This document shows positions 45,091 to 54,633 of a stretch of 64,000 bases of DNA, in pieces. A model generated the notes under the pieces. That model was given only the letters and a program-made list of their open reading frames with translations, was not told where the DNA came from and made no database searches. A program made the position numbers and the translations under genes. Origin of the DNA: an uncultured Chloroflexia bacterium (lineage in GTDB: Bacteria > Chloroflexota > Limnocylindria > QHBO01); assembly GCA_963753125.1 (NCBI GenBank), contig CAVWAU010000001.1, forward strand, positions 71,065-135,064, read 5' to 3'. Every line of letters starts with the position of its first letter. Position 1 is the stretch's first letter.

Positions 45091-47177
45091 AGGCGGTCGG
45101 CCGGATCCAGCTCCTCGAGGTCGGCCTCGTCGCCGACCGCGCGGAATGACGCGCGGGGCTGTGGCACGCGCAGGATCAGTGCGACGCCGGCTGCAGCGAC
45201 GAGCACGATCGCAATCGGCACCCACGGCAGGGCCCGGTAGTCAAAGATCCCGATGCCGCTCAGCACGAGGCTCGCCTCGTTGCCGAAGTTGTCGCTGGCG
45301 GTGACGGTGACGGCCGTGGGCCACGGCGGGAGGTCGACGCTCGTCGAGAACCGGCCGTCCTCGTCGACCGCCGCCGCGGTGCCGGCGACATCGATCTGCG
45401 CGTAGGGCGCCGTCCGGCCGGCGATCGTCACCCGGCTGGACCCGAGCTGGGTCTCGGTTCGGGCCGTGAGGCTCGGCGGCCCCTCGACGAGGCGCAGCTG
45501 CCATGAGCTGACGTACGCGTGCCCGGCGGGCGTCGCGACCGTCATCGTCACCCGCCCCGTTGCCTCGGTCGTCGCGTCCGTCGGCGGCTCGACGACCACG
45601 TCGAGGGTCGCCGCATCGCCAACCACGCGCGGGGCCGCCGCGATCGCATCGGGGCTCGAGAGGTACACGCGGGACCCCGGTGGCGCATGGACCTCGGCCA
45701 CCAGGCCGTCGTCGGAGGTTCCGGTCACGCCGCCGTCGAGCACCACGCCTCCGACCGTCTCGGGTTCGTACCCTCCGCCATCTTCCTCAGGTGCGAGGAA
45801 GAGCACGAGCGGGGCGATGGTGACCGCGCTCCCGGGATGGAACGCCGGCGGTTCGAGCCGCCCCCCGGCCGGGTCGACCTCCGACGCGCCGTGGTGGATC
45901 GCGAGCCACGCGCGCTCGCGGCCCACGAGACCTGCGGGCCGACCGGCCGGGAGCGCCCCCACCTCCGCGGCCCGATCGCCGAGAAGAGGCGCCGGCAGCA
46001 GCCGGCCGGACACGATGGCCGCTCGCTCGCCATCCGGCCCGCCGCCGGGCAGCAGGCCCTCGAAGGGGGTGATCGAGCCACGGGCCAGCGAACCGGCAGC
46101 CCGGCTCAGTCCGATCGGGCCTCTCAGGAGCTGGGTCAGGCCGGGAAGAGCGAGAGGGTGGAGCGCGTCGGCGTCGGGGCGGTGCGTCAGCAGACGTGGC
46201 TCGCCGCCGACCTCGATGACCCCGATCAGCCGAGCGTCGACGATCGGCAGCGAGGCAAGCGCGGCGCCGACTGGCTCGCCGCGCGGCCAGGACAGGACGG
46301 CCAGTCCGATGGTCGGCCCGACCACCGCCAGCCCGCGGCGATCGCCGAGCGGCACGGCCAGCGCGTCACTGACGATGAGCCCCGAATCCTCGGCCACCAG
46401 CATGTCGTCGGCACCGAGACCGATGCGGAAGAGGACGCTGAGCGCCGAGCTGCTGATCATGGCCGCCTCGTCACCGGAGACACCGTCGCTGTCGCCGAGA
46501 ATGAACGGTGAGCTGCCCGAGCCGACCGGCAGTTCGGTGGTCGTCGGCGGGGCAAACCGATCGTCGGCCCAGCGGAAGACCCGCGCCTCGGTGGGCGTGC
46601 TTGCGTCGTCGAGCGGGGCGAGCGAGAACGTGGCGAGCAGCTCATCGGTCCCATCGCCGTCGAGGTCGATGACGTGCACCGCGTCGGCGTTGGCACCGGG
46701 ATCGGCGACGCGGTCGAGGTGGAGCGCCCCGCCGTCGAGGACGATGTCGTCGAGCAGCAGGCAGCACTCTCGAGGATCCCCGGGCTCGGTGAAATCGGGC
46801 TGCCGCACGAGCGTGACTCGATCGCCGCCATCGGCCCGGCGAACGAGCAGCCGCACGGGCCGGCGAGCGTATGCAAGCTCGGCCTGTCCCGCCTCACCGG
46901 GCACCGCCAGGGTTGGCGGCGCGACGAGCGCCCAGCCGTCGTCGACCTCTCGCCACAGCTCGATCCAGATCGTCTCCTGCTCCCCGGCCAGCAGGCGGAC
47001 GAGCTCCGGCGCTCCATCCGCGTCGAGGTCGGCGGCCACGGCCTGGAGGGTCGGGCGAGCATCGGGCAGCACGAACGCCCCCGGCTCGTCCGGCACGCGC
47101 ACGACGGCCGGCTGGACAGGGGGCGGCAGCACGGCGCCGCCGGCAACGAGCATGGCGGCCAGCGCCACGGTGAGCAT
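45087..47177 (-). CDS. secreted, C-terminally anchored protein with FG-GAP/VCBS-like Ca-binding motifs
   Basis: 696-aa ORF. Signal-like MLTVALAAMLVAGGAVL, DxDxDG motifs (AADLDADGAPELV, VIDLDGDGTDELL), C-terminal TM LPWVPIAIVLVAAAGVALIL. Stop shares a CTAG with the convergent gene. Confidence 0.7.
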   Translation of the reverse strand: MLTVALAAMLVAGGAVLPPPVQPAVVRVPDEPGAFVLPDARPTLQAVAADLDADGAPELVRLLAGEQETIWIELWREVDDGWALVAPPTLAVPGEAGQAELAYARRPVRLLVRRADGGDRVTLVRQPDFTEPGDPRECCLLLDDIVLDGGALHLDRVADPGANADAVHVIDLDGDGTDELLATFSLAPLDDASTPTEARVFRWADDRFAPPTTTELPVGSGSSPFILGDSDGVSGDEAAMISSSALSVLFRIGLGADDMLVAEDSGLIVSDALAVPLGDRRGLAVVGPTIGLAVLSWPRGEPVGAALASLPIVDARLIGVIEVGGEPRLLTHRPDADALHPLALPGLTQLLRGPIGLSRAAGSLARGSITPFEGLLPGGGPDGERAAIVSGRLLPAPLLGDRAAEVGALPAGRPAGLVGRERAWLAIHHGASEVDPAGGRLEPPAFHPGSAVTIAPLVLFLAPEEDGGGYEPETVGGVVLDGGVTGTSDDGLVAEVHAPPGSRVYLSSPDAIAAAPRVVGDAATLDVVVEPPTDATTEATGRVTMTVATPAGHAYVSSWQLRLVEGPPSLTARTETQLGSSRVTIAGRTAPYAQIDVAGTAAAVDEDGRFSTSVDLPPWPTAVTVTASDNFGNEASLVLSGIGIFDYRALPWVPIAIVLVAAAGVALILRVPQPRASFRAVGDEADLEELDPADRL

Positions 47178-47216
47178 CGGCCGAGCATACGCCCGGCTTC
47201 TGGCATCATCGAACCG

Positions 47217-49172
47217 ATGCCCTCGCCCTCGATCCTCTGGTCGCCGGCCTCCGACGCGCGATCCACCACCCGCATCGGCGCCTATCTCGACTGGCTCGAG
47301 CGCGAGCGAGGACGGCGCTTCGACGACTACGACGAATTGCTGAATTGGTCGGTCACCGATCTCGCCGGCTTCTGGTCATCGGTCTGGGACCACTTCGGGG
47401 TGACCTCCGAGTCCGATCCCGGGCCGGCGCTCGCCGACGACGCCATGCCGGGTGCCCGCTGGTTCCCGACCGCGCGCCTGAACTGGGCCGAGCACTGCCT
47501 GCGACTTGCCGGTCGCGACGGCGACGACACCGTGCTCGTCGCCCGCTCGCAGACCCGAGAGCGGATCACGCTCACCGCCGACGAGCTGCGCGCCGACGTC
47601 GCTCGTGTCAGGGCCGGGCTCGTGCGCCTCGGCATCGGCCCCGGCGACCGGGTCGCGGGCTACCTGCCGAACGTCCCCGAGGCGGTCGTGGCCCTGCTCG
47701 CGACGGCCTCCCTCGGCGCGGTCTGGACCAGCTGCGCGCCGGAGTTCGGCGTGCGCTCGGTGGTCGATCGCTTCAGCCAGGTGGAGCCCAAGGTGCTGCT
47801 CGCCATCGATGGCTACCGCTACGGCGAGCGCGAGGTCGACCGCACCGCCGAGGTGGCCGCCATCCGGGCGGCGCTCCCGAGCCTCATCGCGACCGTGGTC
47901 CTCCCCTACCTGCGCACCGATGCGTCGCGCGTCCCCGACGCGATGACCTGGGACGAGCTGGCCGCGAACGAGGGCGAGCTCGCCTTCGAGCGAGTTCCCT
48001 TCGACGTTCCGCTCTTCGTGCTCTACAGCTCGGGCACGACCGGCCTGCCGAAGCCGATCGTCCACGGCCACGGCGGCATCCTGCTCGAGCATCTGAAGAT
48101 CCACGCGCTGCACCACGACCTGGGCGCGGCGGATCGGTTCTTCTGGTTCAGCACCACCGGCTGGATGATGTGGAACTACCTCGTCTCGGGCCTGGCCGTC
48201 GACGCGAGCATCGTGCTCTACGACGGGTCACCGGCCCACCCGGACCTCGGCGCGCTGTGGCGGCTGGCCGCCGAGGAGGGCGTCACCTACTTCGGGACAT
48301 CGGCGCCGTACCTGATGGCCTGCCGCAAGGAGGGCCTGCGGCCGGGGGAGATCGCCGACCTGTCGGCGATCAGGGGCATCGGCTCCACCGGCTCGCCGCT
48401 GCCGGCGGAGGGGTTTCGCTACACGTACGACGCGATCAGCCCATCGGTCCATCTCCAGTCGGTCTCGGGCGGCACCGATGTCTGCACGGCCTTCGTCGGC
48501 GCCTCGCCCCTGGTGCCGGTATGGGAGGGCGAGATCAGCTGCCGTCACCTCGGCTGCGCGGTCGAGGCGCTCGCTCCCGACGGGCGCCCGGTCATCGGGC
48601 AGGAGGGCGAGCTCGTCATCACGCGGCCGATGCCGTCGATGCCGGTCTCCTTCTGGAACGATCCCGACGGCTCGCGCTACCGCGCCGCCTACTTCGAGGA
48701 CTTCGGCGGCGTCTGGCGCCATGGCGACTGGATCACCTTCACCGAGCGCGGCTCGTGCGTCATCAGCGGCCGATCCGACGCGACGCTCAATCGCGGCGGG
48801 GTCCGGGTCGGCACGGCCGAGTTCTATGCCGTCGTCGAGGCCCTGCCTGAGGTCGCCGACTCGCTCGTCGTCCACCTCGATGCCGGCGACCGGCTGCTCC
48901 TGTTCGTCGTACTGCGAGACGGCTTCGCCTTGACCGATGCGCTGCGCGCGCGGATCGGCTCCGAGCTGCGCTCCGCGCTCTCGCCGCGCCACGTGCCTGA
49001 CGAGATCCTGGCCGTGCCGGCGGTGCCGCGGACGCTGTCGGGCAAGAAGCTCGAGGTGCCGGTGAAGCGGATCCTCACCGGGACGCCGGCCGACGAGGCC
49101 GCCTCGCGCGGATCCCTGGCGGATCCTGCGTCGCTCGACCCGTTCGTGGAGCTTGCGCGGCGGATGCCATGA
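47217..49172 (+). CDS. acetoacetate-CoA ligase (acetoacetyl-CoA synthetase)
   Basis: ATG 47217 inside track ORF 46674..49172, 651 aa. ILWSP...IGAYLDWLE N-terminus, AMP-binding LYSSGTTGLPKPIVHGHGG, SGRSDATLNRGGVRVGTAE, LSGKKLEVPVKR. Confidence 0.85.
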   Translation: MPSPSILWSPASDARSTTRIGAYLDWLERERGRRFDDYDELLNWSVTDLAGFWSSVWDHFGVTSESDPGPALADDAMPGARWFPTARLNWAEHCLRLAGRDGDDTVLVARSQTRERITLTADELRADVARVRAGLVRLGIGPGDRVAGYLPNVPEAVVALLATASLGAVWTSCAPEFGVRSVVDRFSQVEPKVLLAIDGYRYGEREVDRTAEVAAIRAALPSLIATVVLPYLRTDASRVPDAMTWDELAANEGELAFERVPFDVPLFVLYSSGTTGLPKPIVHGHGGILLEHLKIHALHHDLGAADRFFWFSTTGWMMWNYLVSGLAVDASIVLYDGSPAHPDLGALWRLAAEEGVTYFGTSAPYLMACRKEGLRPGEIADLSAIRGIGSTGSPLPAEGFRYTYDAISPSVHLQSVSGGTDVCTAFVGASPLVPVWEGEISCRHLGCAVEALAPDGRPVIGQEGELVITRPMPSMPVSFWNDPDGSRYRAAYFEDFGGVWRHGDWITFTERGSCVISGRSDATLNRGGVRVGTAEFYAVVEALPEVADSLVVHLDAGDRLLLFVVLRDGFALTDALRARIGSELRSALSPRHVPDEILAVPAVPRTLSGKKLEVPVKRILTGTPADEAASRGSLADPASLDPFVELARRMP

Positions 49173-49180
49173 CCGCCTTG

Positions 49181-49488
49181 CCGTGCGACGCGAGGTTGCC
49201 AATCAACTGAGCCGACACCGCATTGCCGAATGTTGGTGCGGCCTTGTCACAGTTCATTGAGCGTGCGCGCGCACGGAGGGCGCCCGGCGCGGCATGTCCT
49301 GCCATTCAGGGCTCAGCGGGGTGAGCGAATCGCGCATGACCTCATCCGTGCGCCGTGATCTCAACCAACCGAGCCTCGAGCGTCACGAACCGCTCCTCCG
49401 TGCGCCGGGCCCGCTGGACGGGACTCGATTAACTGAGCATGTGGCGCCCGAGAACTGCCCCGTGCGCCGTCGGCTCGCTCAATTGAGC
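49181..49488. repeat. four imperfect composite repeats CCGTGCG(C/A)CG-N11-21-(A/T/C)(A/T/C)(C/T)(T/C)GAGC, plus an extra half-site, in a 340-nt intergenic leader
   Basis: CCGTGCGMCG at 49181, 49347, 49398 and 49460. ...YGAGC arms end at 49211, 49374, 49438 and 49488, with an extra arm at 49250-49262. The last arm forms the perfect palindrome GCTCAATTGAGC (49477-49488). Confidence 0.5.
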
Positions 49489-49511
49489 ACTGCCTGCCGC
49501 CGGGCGCACTG

Positions 49512-49925
49512 ATGGCGCCGGCGTACCATGACCACATGGCCTTCGACGAGCTTCACACCTGGGAGCTGTGGTACCCCGGAGCGGGCGCGACCGGCCTCCC
49601 ATTGGCCCGCGCGCGTATCGACCCGCACGAGGTCGTCTGGGCGCACTCGGTCCCGCGGCAGGTGGCCGTCACCGTCCGCCAGGGCGACGACCGCGTGGTC
49701 GCCCGAGGGGAGGGCCTGAGCCGCAAGGGCGGCTACATGCCGATGACCCGCTTCGCGCTCGAGGGCGACACCATCACCCGCGAGGACCGCTGGCCGACCG
49801 AGGCCGACCTCGGCACCATCGTGATCCTGCCCGGCGGCGAGGCGGGCGTCCTCACCGCCTGGTGGAACGCCGAGGACGGCAAGTCCTGGCGCTGGTCGGT
49901 CGAATTCAGCAACCGCCGCGGCTAG
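49512..49925 (+). CDS. hypothetical protein
   Basis: 137-aa ORF (alternative start MAFDEL at 49536). Coding-like composition, no family recognised. Stop shares a CTAG with the convergent gene. Confidence 0.55.
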   Translation: MAPAYHDHMAFDELHTWELWYPGAGATGLPLARARIDPHEVVWAHSVPRQVAVTVRQGDDRVVARGEGLSRKGGYMPMTRFALEGDTITREDRWPTEADLGTIVILPGGEAGVLTAWWNAEDGKSWRWSVEFSNRRG

Positions 49926-50512
49926 TCGGCGTAGTAGACCCCGTCGAGCGCGCCCCACGCGGCCGCGCTGAAGAGGGCGCACGCCGTCTTCGCGCGCGCG
50001 AACTCGCCGTCGGAGAGCGCGTCGATGCGCGCGGCCAGCATGGCCGGCTCATCGGTCTCGACCGCGTGCTCCACGAAGTACTGCTGCGCGCCTGCATCCA
50101 CCGTCCCGGCGTAGTGCTCACGGAGGCCGGCGAGCTTGCTGCTCGCGGTCGCCGGCTGCTGGACCTCGAAGCTGTAGAGCGCCCCGAGCGCCTCGGGGAC
50201 CGATGCGAACGCGTTCTCGCCCACCGCCAGCAGCGTGCGTGACTGTGGTCGGCGCATCTCGCCGGTCGCGCCCAGCGCGTTACGGAAGTCCCGCCAGAGC
50301 TCGTCGTGCTCGCGCTCCTCGGCAGCGTAGTCGGGATAGCCGATCCGCTCCCAGCCAGCGTCGACGGCGCCGATGAAGGGCGCCCACTCGTCGGCGTACT
50401 CGGCCAGGCGCTCGACCGGCAGGGTGCCGGCGCGCCACTCGGTGTAGAACGGATGCTGGTTGAGGTCGAAGCTGCGGACGATCGCGTCCAGCTCGTCGAT
50501 GCGGTTGCTCAT
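49922..50512 (-). CDS. heme-oxygenase-like fold protein (TenA/PqqC-type iron-containing redox enzyme family)
   Basis: ATG 50512 inside track ORF 49922..51304. MSNRIDELDAIVRSFDLNQHPFYTEWRAGTLPVERLAEYADEWAPFI...EEREHDELWRDF. Confidence 0.7.
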   Translation of the reverse strand: MSNRIDELDAIVRSFDLNQHPFYTEWRAGTLPVERLAEYADEWAPFIGAVDAGWERIGYPDYAAEEREHDELWRDFRNALGATGEMRRPQSRTLLAVGENAFASVPEALGALYSFEVQQPATASSKLAGLREHYAGTVDAGAQQYFVEHAVETDEPAMLAARIDALSDGEFARAKTACALFSAAAWGALDGVYYAD

Positions 50513-50580
50513 GGTCGTTGGCCTCTGTGCGTGCTCAATCGCAGGTCGAACGACCGGCGGAACAAGCGTACCGAAAATCG

Positions 50581-51732
50581 CTACATCGCGCGCAGGCCGA
50601 GGAGGTTGCGCGCGATCACCAGCCGCTGGATCTGGCTGGTGCCCTCGCCGATCTCGGTGAGCTTCGCGTCGCGCAGGTAGCGCTCGACCTTGTACTCGGT
50701 GATGTAGCCGTAGCCGCCGTGGACCTGGATCGCGTCGTTGGTGACGTCGCGGGCCACCTCGGAGGCGAAGAGCTTGGCCATCGCCGCCTCGGTCGTGTAG
50801 GGCCGGTCGTTGTCCTTGAGCCACGCAGCGCGATAGGTCATCAGGCGCGCGGCGTCGATCTTCATCGCCATGTCGGCGATCATGAAGGCCACCCCCTGGA
50901 ACTCGCCGATCGGCCGCCCGAACTGGCGGCGCTCCTTCGCATAGGCCGATGCGGCCTCGTAGGCCGCCTGGGCCAGCCCGAGCGCCATGGCCGCGATCCC
51001 GATGCGCCCGCCGTCGAGCGTCTTGAGGAACAGCTTGTCCCCCTCGCCCTCCTCCCCGAGCAGGTTGTCGACGGGGATGCGGGCGTCCTCGAAGATCAGC
51101 TCGCCGGTATTGCTGGCGTGGAGGCCCATCTTCTCCTCCATGCGGCCGATGCTGAAGCCGGGCGTATCGGCCTCGACGATGAAGGCGCTGATCTTGCCGC
51201 TGCCCTCCTCGCGATCGGTCACGGCGGTCACGACGTACGTGCCGGCCACGCCGGCGTTGGTGATGAAGCGCTTGCTGCCATTGAGGACCCACTCTCGCCG
51301 TCACGGTGGGCGCGGGTACGGGTGCCGCGCGAGTCGCTGCCGGCGCCGGGCTCGGTCAGGCCGTAGGCGCCGAGCACCTCGCCGGAGGCCATCGGCCGCA
51401 GGTAGCGCTCCTTCTGCGTCATCGGTCCCGGCCAGCCAGACCGGGTTGCAGCCAAGGCTGGTGTGGGCGCTGACGATGATCCCGACGCTGCCGCTGGCGC
51501 GGCTGAGCTCCTCGACGGTGATCGCGTAGGCCAGCGAGTCGAGCCCGGTCCCGCCGATCTCCTCGGGGTACGGCACGCCCAGCAGGCCGAGGGCCGCGGC
51601 CTCGCGGATGATCTCGTGCGGGAACTCGCCCTTGCGCTCGAGCTCGTCGGCGACCGGGACGATCCGCCGCTCGGCGAAGTCGCGCACGGTGCGCTGGATC
51701 TCGAGGTGCTGCGGGGAGAGGGCGAAGTCCAT
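50581..51732 (-). pseudogene. acyl-CoA dehydrogenase carrying two compensating frameshifts (about 51417 and 51292)
   Basis: Three track ORFs tile one ACAD: 51301..51732 ([20 protein letters not shown]...[18 protein letters not shown]), 51228..51455 ([41 protein letters not shown]) and 50581..51249, whose frame extended upstream reads [21 protein letters not shown]... The first and third pieces are in the same frame. Confidence 0.8.
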
Positions 51733-51765
51733 CGGCTGGGCAGGCTCCCTTGCGGTGGGCGGAGT

Positions 51766-51966
51766 CTAGAGCAACGAAAAGGACCCGATCGAGAGGTGGT
51801 CGATCGGGTCCGTGGTGTGGTTCGGTCGGTTCGCTAGCGTCGACTTGCGCCAGCGCTCGACTTCGCGCCGGCTGCGCTGCTCCTCCGCGCGCTGGAGGTT
51901 GGTTCGCCGGCGGCGCGACGCGATCGGGCGCGGGCGATGCCGCTTCTGGTGGTTGAGCTTGGCCAT
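51766..51966 (-). CDS. small arginine-rich basic protein (hypothetical)
   Basis: 66-aa [44 protein letters not shown]... GGAGGA lies about 10 nt upstream of the ATG. Its last 15 codons coincide with a canonical terminator hairpin, so the coding status of the tail is uncertain. Confidence 0.45.
   Translation of the reverse strand: MAKLNHQKRHRPRPIASRRRRTNLQRAEEQRSRREVERWRKSTLANRPNHTTDPIDHLSIGSFSLL
51781..51811 (-). terminator. intrinsic terminator (12-bp perfect stem, 7-nt loop, U-tract on the minus strand)
   Basis: GGACCCGATCGA-gaggtgg-TCGATCGGGTCC. On the minus strand it is followed by TTTTCGTT (plus-strand aacgaaaa at 51773-51780). Confidence 0.6.
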
Positions 51967-51996
51967 CGGTCTCGGTCCTCCCCCGCGATTGCGGTA

Positions 51997-52025
51997 ATTG
52001 TGTGCTCAAGACGCTGACGTGCCAA
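51997..52025 (-). promoter_or_regulatory. candidate sigma-70-type promoter for the small basic-protein gene
   Basis: Minus strand reads TTGGCA-N17-CACAAT about 30 nt upstream of the ATG at 51966. Motif match only. Confidence 0.3.
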
Positions 52026-52109
52026 GCCAGTTGAGTTGCAGATTGGCCCATGACCGATGAGCCGGTTCCTGACTGTCCGGCCACCGATCAGCGACCGAGA
52101 ACTTCTCGC

Positions 52110-52140
52110 TTGACACCCGATGAAGGCCGAAACCTATACT
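52110..52140 (+). promoter_or_regulatory. candidate sigma-70-type promoter for the pot operon
   Basis: TTGACA (52110-52115) - N19 - TATACT (52135-52140), 45 nt upstream of the potA GTG. The spacer is long, so this is tentative. Confidence 0.4.
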
Positions 52141-52184
52141 CGCCGGGCCTTCCTCAGCGAGACAGGTTTCGCGAGTGCTCGTCC

Positions 52185-53358
52185 GTGCCTGAAGCCGACG
52201 TCCGTCTCGACCGCGTCACGAAGCGCTTCGGTGACGTCGTCGCCGTCGACGACCTGTCGCTCGAGATCCCACCGGGGGAGTTCTTCTCCCTGCTCGGGCC
52301 CGTCGGGCTGCGGAAAGACCACCACCCTGCGGATGATCGGCGGCTTCGAGGAGGTCACCGAGGGCAAGGTCTTCCTCGGCGACGCCGACGTCACCGATCT
52401 CCCGCCGTTCAAGCGGGCGACGAACACCGTCTTCCAGAGCTACGCGCTCTTCCCGCACCTCAACATCTTCGAGAACATCGCCTTCGGCCTGCGCCGGCGG
52501 GGCACGCCGACCAACGAGATCCGCCACCAGGTGGCGTTCATGCTCAAGCTCGTGGAGCTGCCCGGCTTCGAGGAGCGGCGCCCGTCTCAGCTGTCGGGCG
52601 GCCAGCAGCAGCGCATCGCGCTGGCGCGGGCGCTCGTGAACAACCCGCAGGTGCTGTTGCTGGACGAGCCGCTCGGGGCGCTCGACCTCAAGCTGCGCAA
52701 GCAGATGCAGATCGAGCTGAAGCGCATCCAGAGCGAGATCGGCATCACCTTCATCTTCGTCACCCACGACCAGGACGAGGCGATGACGATGTCCAATCGC
52801 ATCGCCGTCATGCGCGCCGGCAAGATCGAGCAGCTCGGCACGCCGGAGGAGCTGTACGAGCGCCCGGCGACCGAGTTCGTGGCCGGCTTCCTGGGCGTCA
52901 GCAACCTGCTCGACGCCGAGGTCGCCGCCCGCGGGGATCGATTCGCCGACCTGCGTCTCGCCGACGGGACGATGCTGCGCGCGCCGTCCGCGGCACTGAA
53001 CGGCGAGACCGAAGGTCCGCCTCGGGGTGCGCCCCGAGAAGCTGCGCGTGCTCGCCATCGGCGAGGACGACTCGGCCGCCCGCAGCGAGGGCGAGACGAA
53101 CGCGATCGAGGGCGTCGTGCTGGACGCGTCCTACATCGGGGTGAGCACGCAGTACCTCGTCGAGACGCCGGACAAGCCATCGCATCGTGGTGTACGCCCA
53201 GAACCTCGAGACCAGCGGCGCCGGCGAGGTGCTGGCCGACGGCCAGCGCGTGCGCCTCACCTGGAAGCCGCAGCACACCTTCGTCATCGCGCGGGCCGCC
53301 GGGGCCGGCGCCCGAGGCCACGGGGGAGGAGGGAGAGGAGCAGCAGCCCGATGCGTGA
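52185..53358 (+). pseudogene. potA: spermidine/putrescine-type ABC transporter ATPase with at least three +1 frame disruptions
   Basis: Pieces in three frames: [39 protein letters not shown] | [14 protein letters not shown]...[21 protein letters not shown]...ALNGETE | [17 protein letters not shown]...[10 protein letters not shown] | [36 protein letters not shown]. Shifts at about 52302 (inside the P-loop), 53014 and 53183. The 3' end is ambiguous: 53358 if there is a fourth shift, otherwise 53474. Confidence 0.75.
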
Positions 53359-54611
53359 CGAGTCCCGATCGAGCGTGCCATCGCGCGCGCCTTCCGGCCC
53401 GGACGCCCGGATGTCGCGGCGCAGCTTCCTGCGCGGCACCGGCCGCGGAGCGGTCATCGCCGGCTCGGCGCTGACGCTGCCGTCGATCCTCGCCGCGTGC
53501 GGCATCCGGCCGGAGGGATCGCCGGCCGGCTCTGCGAGTGCGACCGACGCCTCCGGTGCGCTCGAGTGGGCGAACTGGCCCCTCTACATCGACCTGGACG
53601 ACGACGGCAACTACCCGAGCATCGTCGCCTTCACCGACGAGACGGGCCTCGAGGTCAACTACACCGAGGCGATCCAGGACAACGCCGAGTTCATGGGGAC
53701 GATCCTGCCCGACCTCCAGGCCGGCAATCCCACCGGCTGGGACGTCATCACGCCGGGCGGCTGGGTGATCGAGCGCCTGGCGCGGCTGGAGCTGCTGGAG
53801 GAGCTCGACCACAGCTTGCTGCCGAACTGGACTGCCAACGCGGCCGACCACGCCAAGGGCCTGTGGTTCGACCCGGAGAACCGCTACAGCCTGTGGTGGC
53901 AGGGCGGCATCACCGGCATCGCTTACGATCCCGAGCTCACTGGCCGCGAGATCACGACCTTCGACGACCTGCTCGACCCGGCATTCAAGGAGCGCGCCGG
54001 CGCGTTCAGCGACATGCGGGACATGTTCGGGCTGACCCTGCTCTCGCTGGGTGTCGAGCCCGCGAACGCGACCATCGACGACGTGACCCGAGCCCAGGAA
54101 GTCCTTCTCGAGGCGAACGCGCGGGACCAGTTCCGCGGCTACTACGGGAACGAGTACTACGACGCGCTGGCCGCAGGCGACCTCGCCATCTCGGTCGCGT
54201 GGTCTGGCGACGTGACCCAGCTCCAGCTCGCCGACAACCCCAACATGCGGTTCGTTATTCCCGAGTCGGGAGGGATGCGCTGGAACGACAACTTCGCCAT
54301 CCCGAGGCGGGCCGAGCGCATCAACGGCGCGCACCAGCTGCTGAACTACTACTACGGCGTCGATGGCGCATCGCTCGTTTCTGAGTACATCGGCTACTTC
54401 ACCGGCGTCGCCGGCGTGTCAGGAGCGGATGGTCGAGGACGCCGAGGCGGCGAGGGCCGATGGTGACGACGAGACGGCGGACTACCTGGAGAACCTGGCG
54501 CCCCAGGTCGTCCCGACGGAGGATCAGCTCGCGAACACCTTCCTCGACAAGGAGATGACCGAGGACGAGGAAGCGCAGTGGAACGACCTCTGGCTCGAAG
54601 TGACGAGCTGA
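53351..54611 (+). pseudogene. potD: polyamine-type periplasmic substrate-binding lipoprotein with a +1 frame disruption near 54419
   Basis: Tat/lipobox N-terminus MSRRSFLRGTGRGAVIAGSALTLPSILAAC, then a PotD/PotF-like body (ANWPLYID...VITPGGW...SVAWSGD...). Frame breaks at ...EYIGYFTGVAGV | QERMVEDAEAARADGDDETADYLENLAPQVVP...WNDLWLEVTS. The start may be 53411. Confidence 0.75.
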
Positions 54612-54633
54612 CGGCTCGAGGCGTTCAAACCTG

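Noticed and set aside
49294-49512. 72-aa ORF within the repeat-rich leader
   Set aside because: Low GC3 and no RBS. The repeats it spans fall in different frames. Treated as non-coding.
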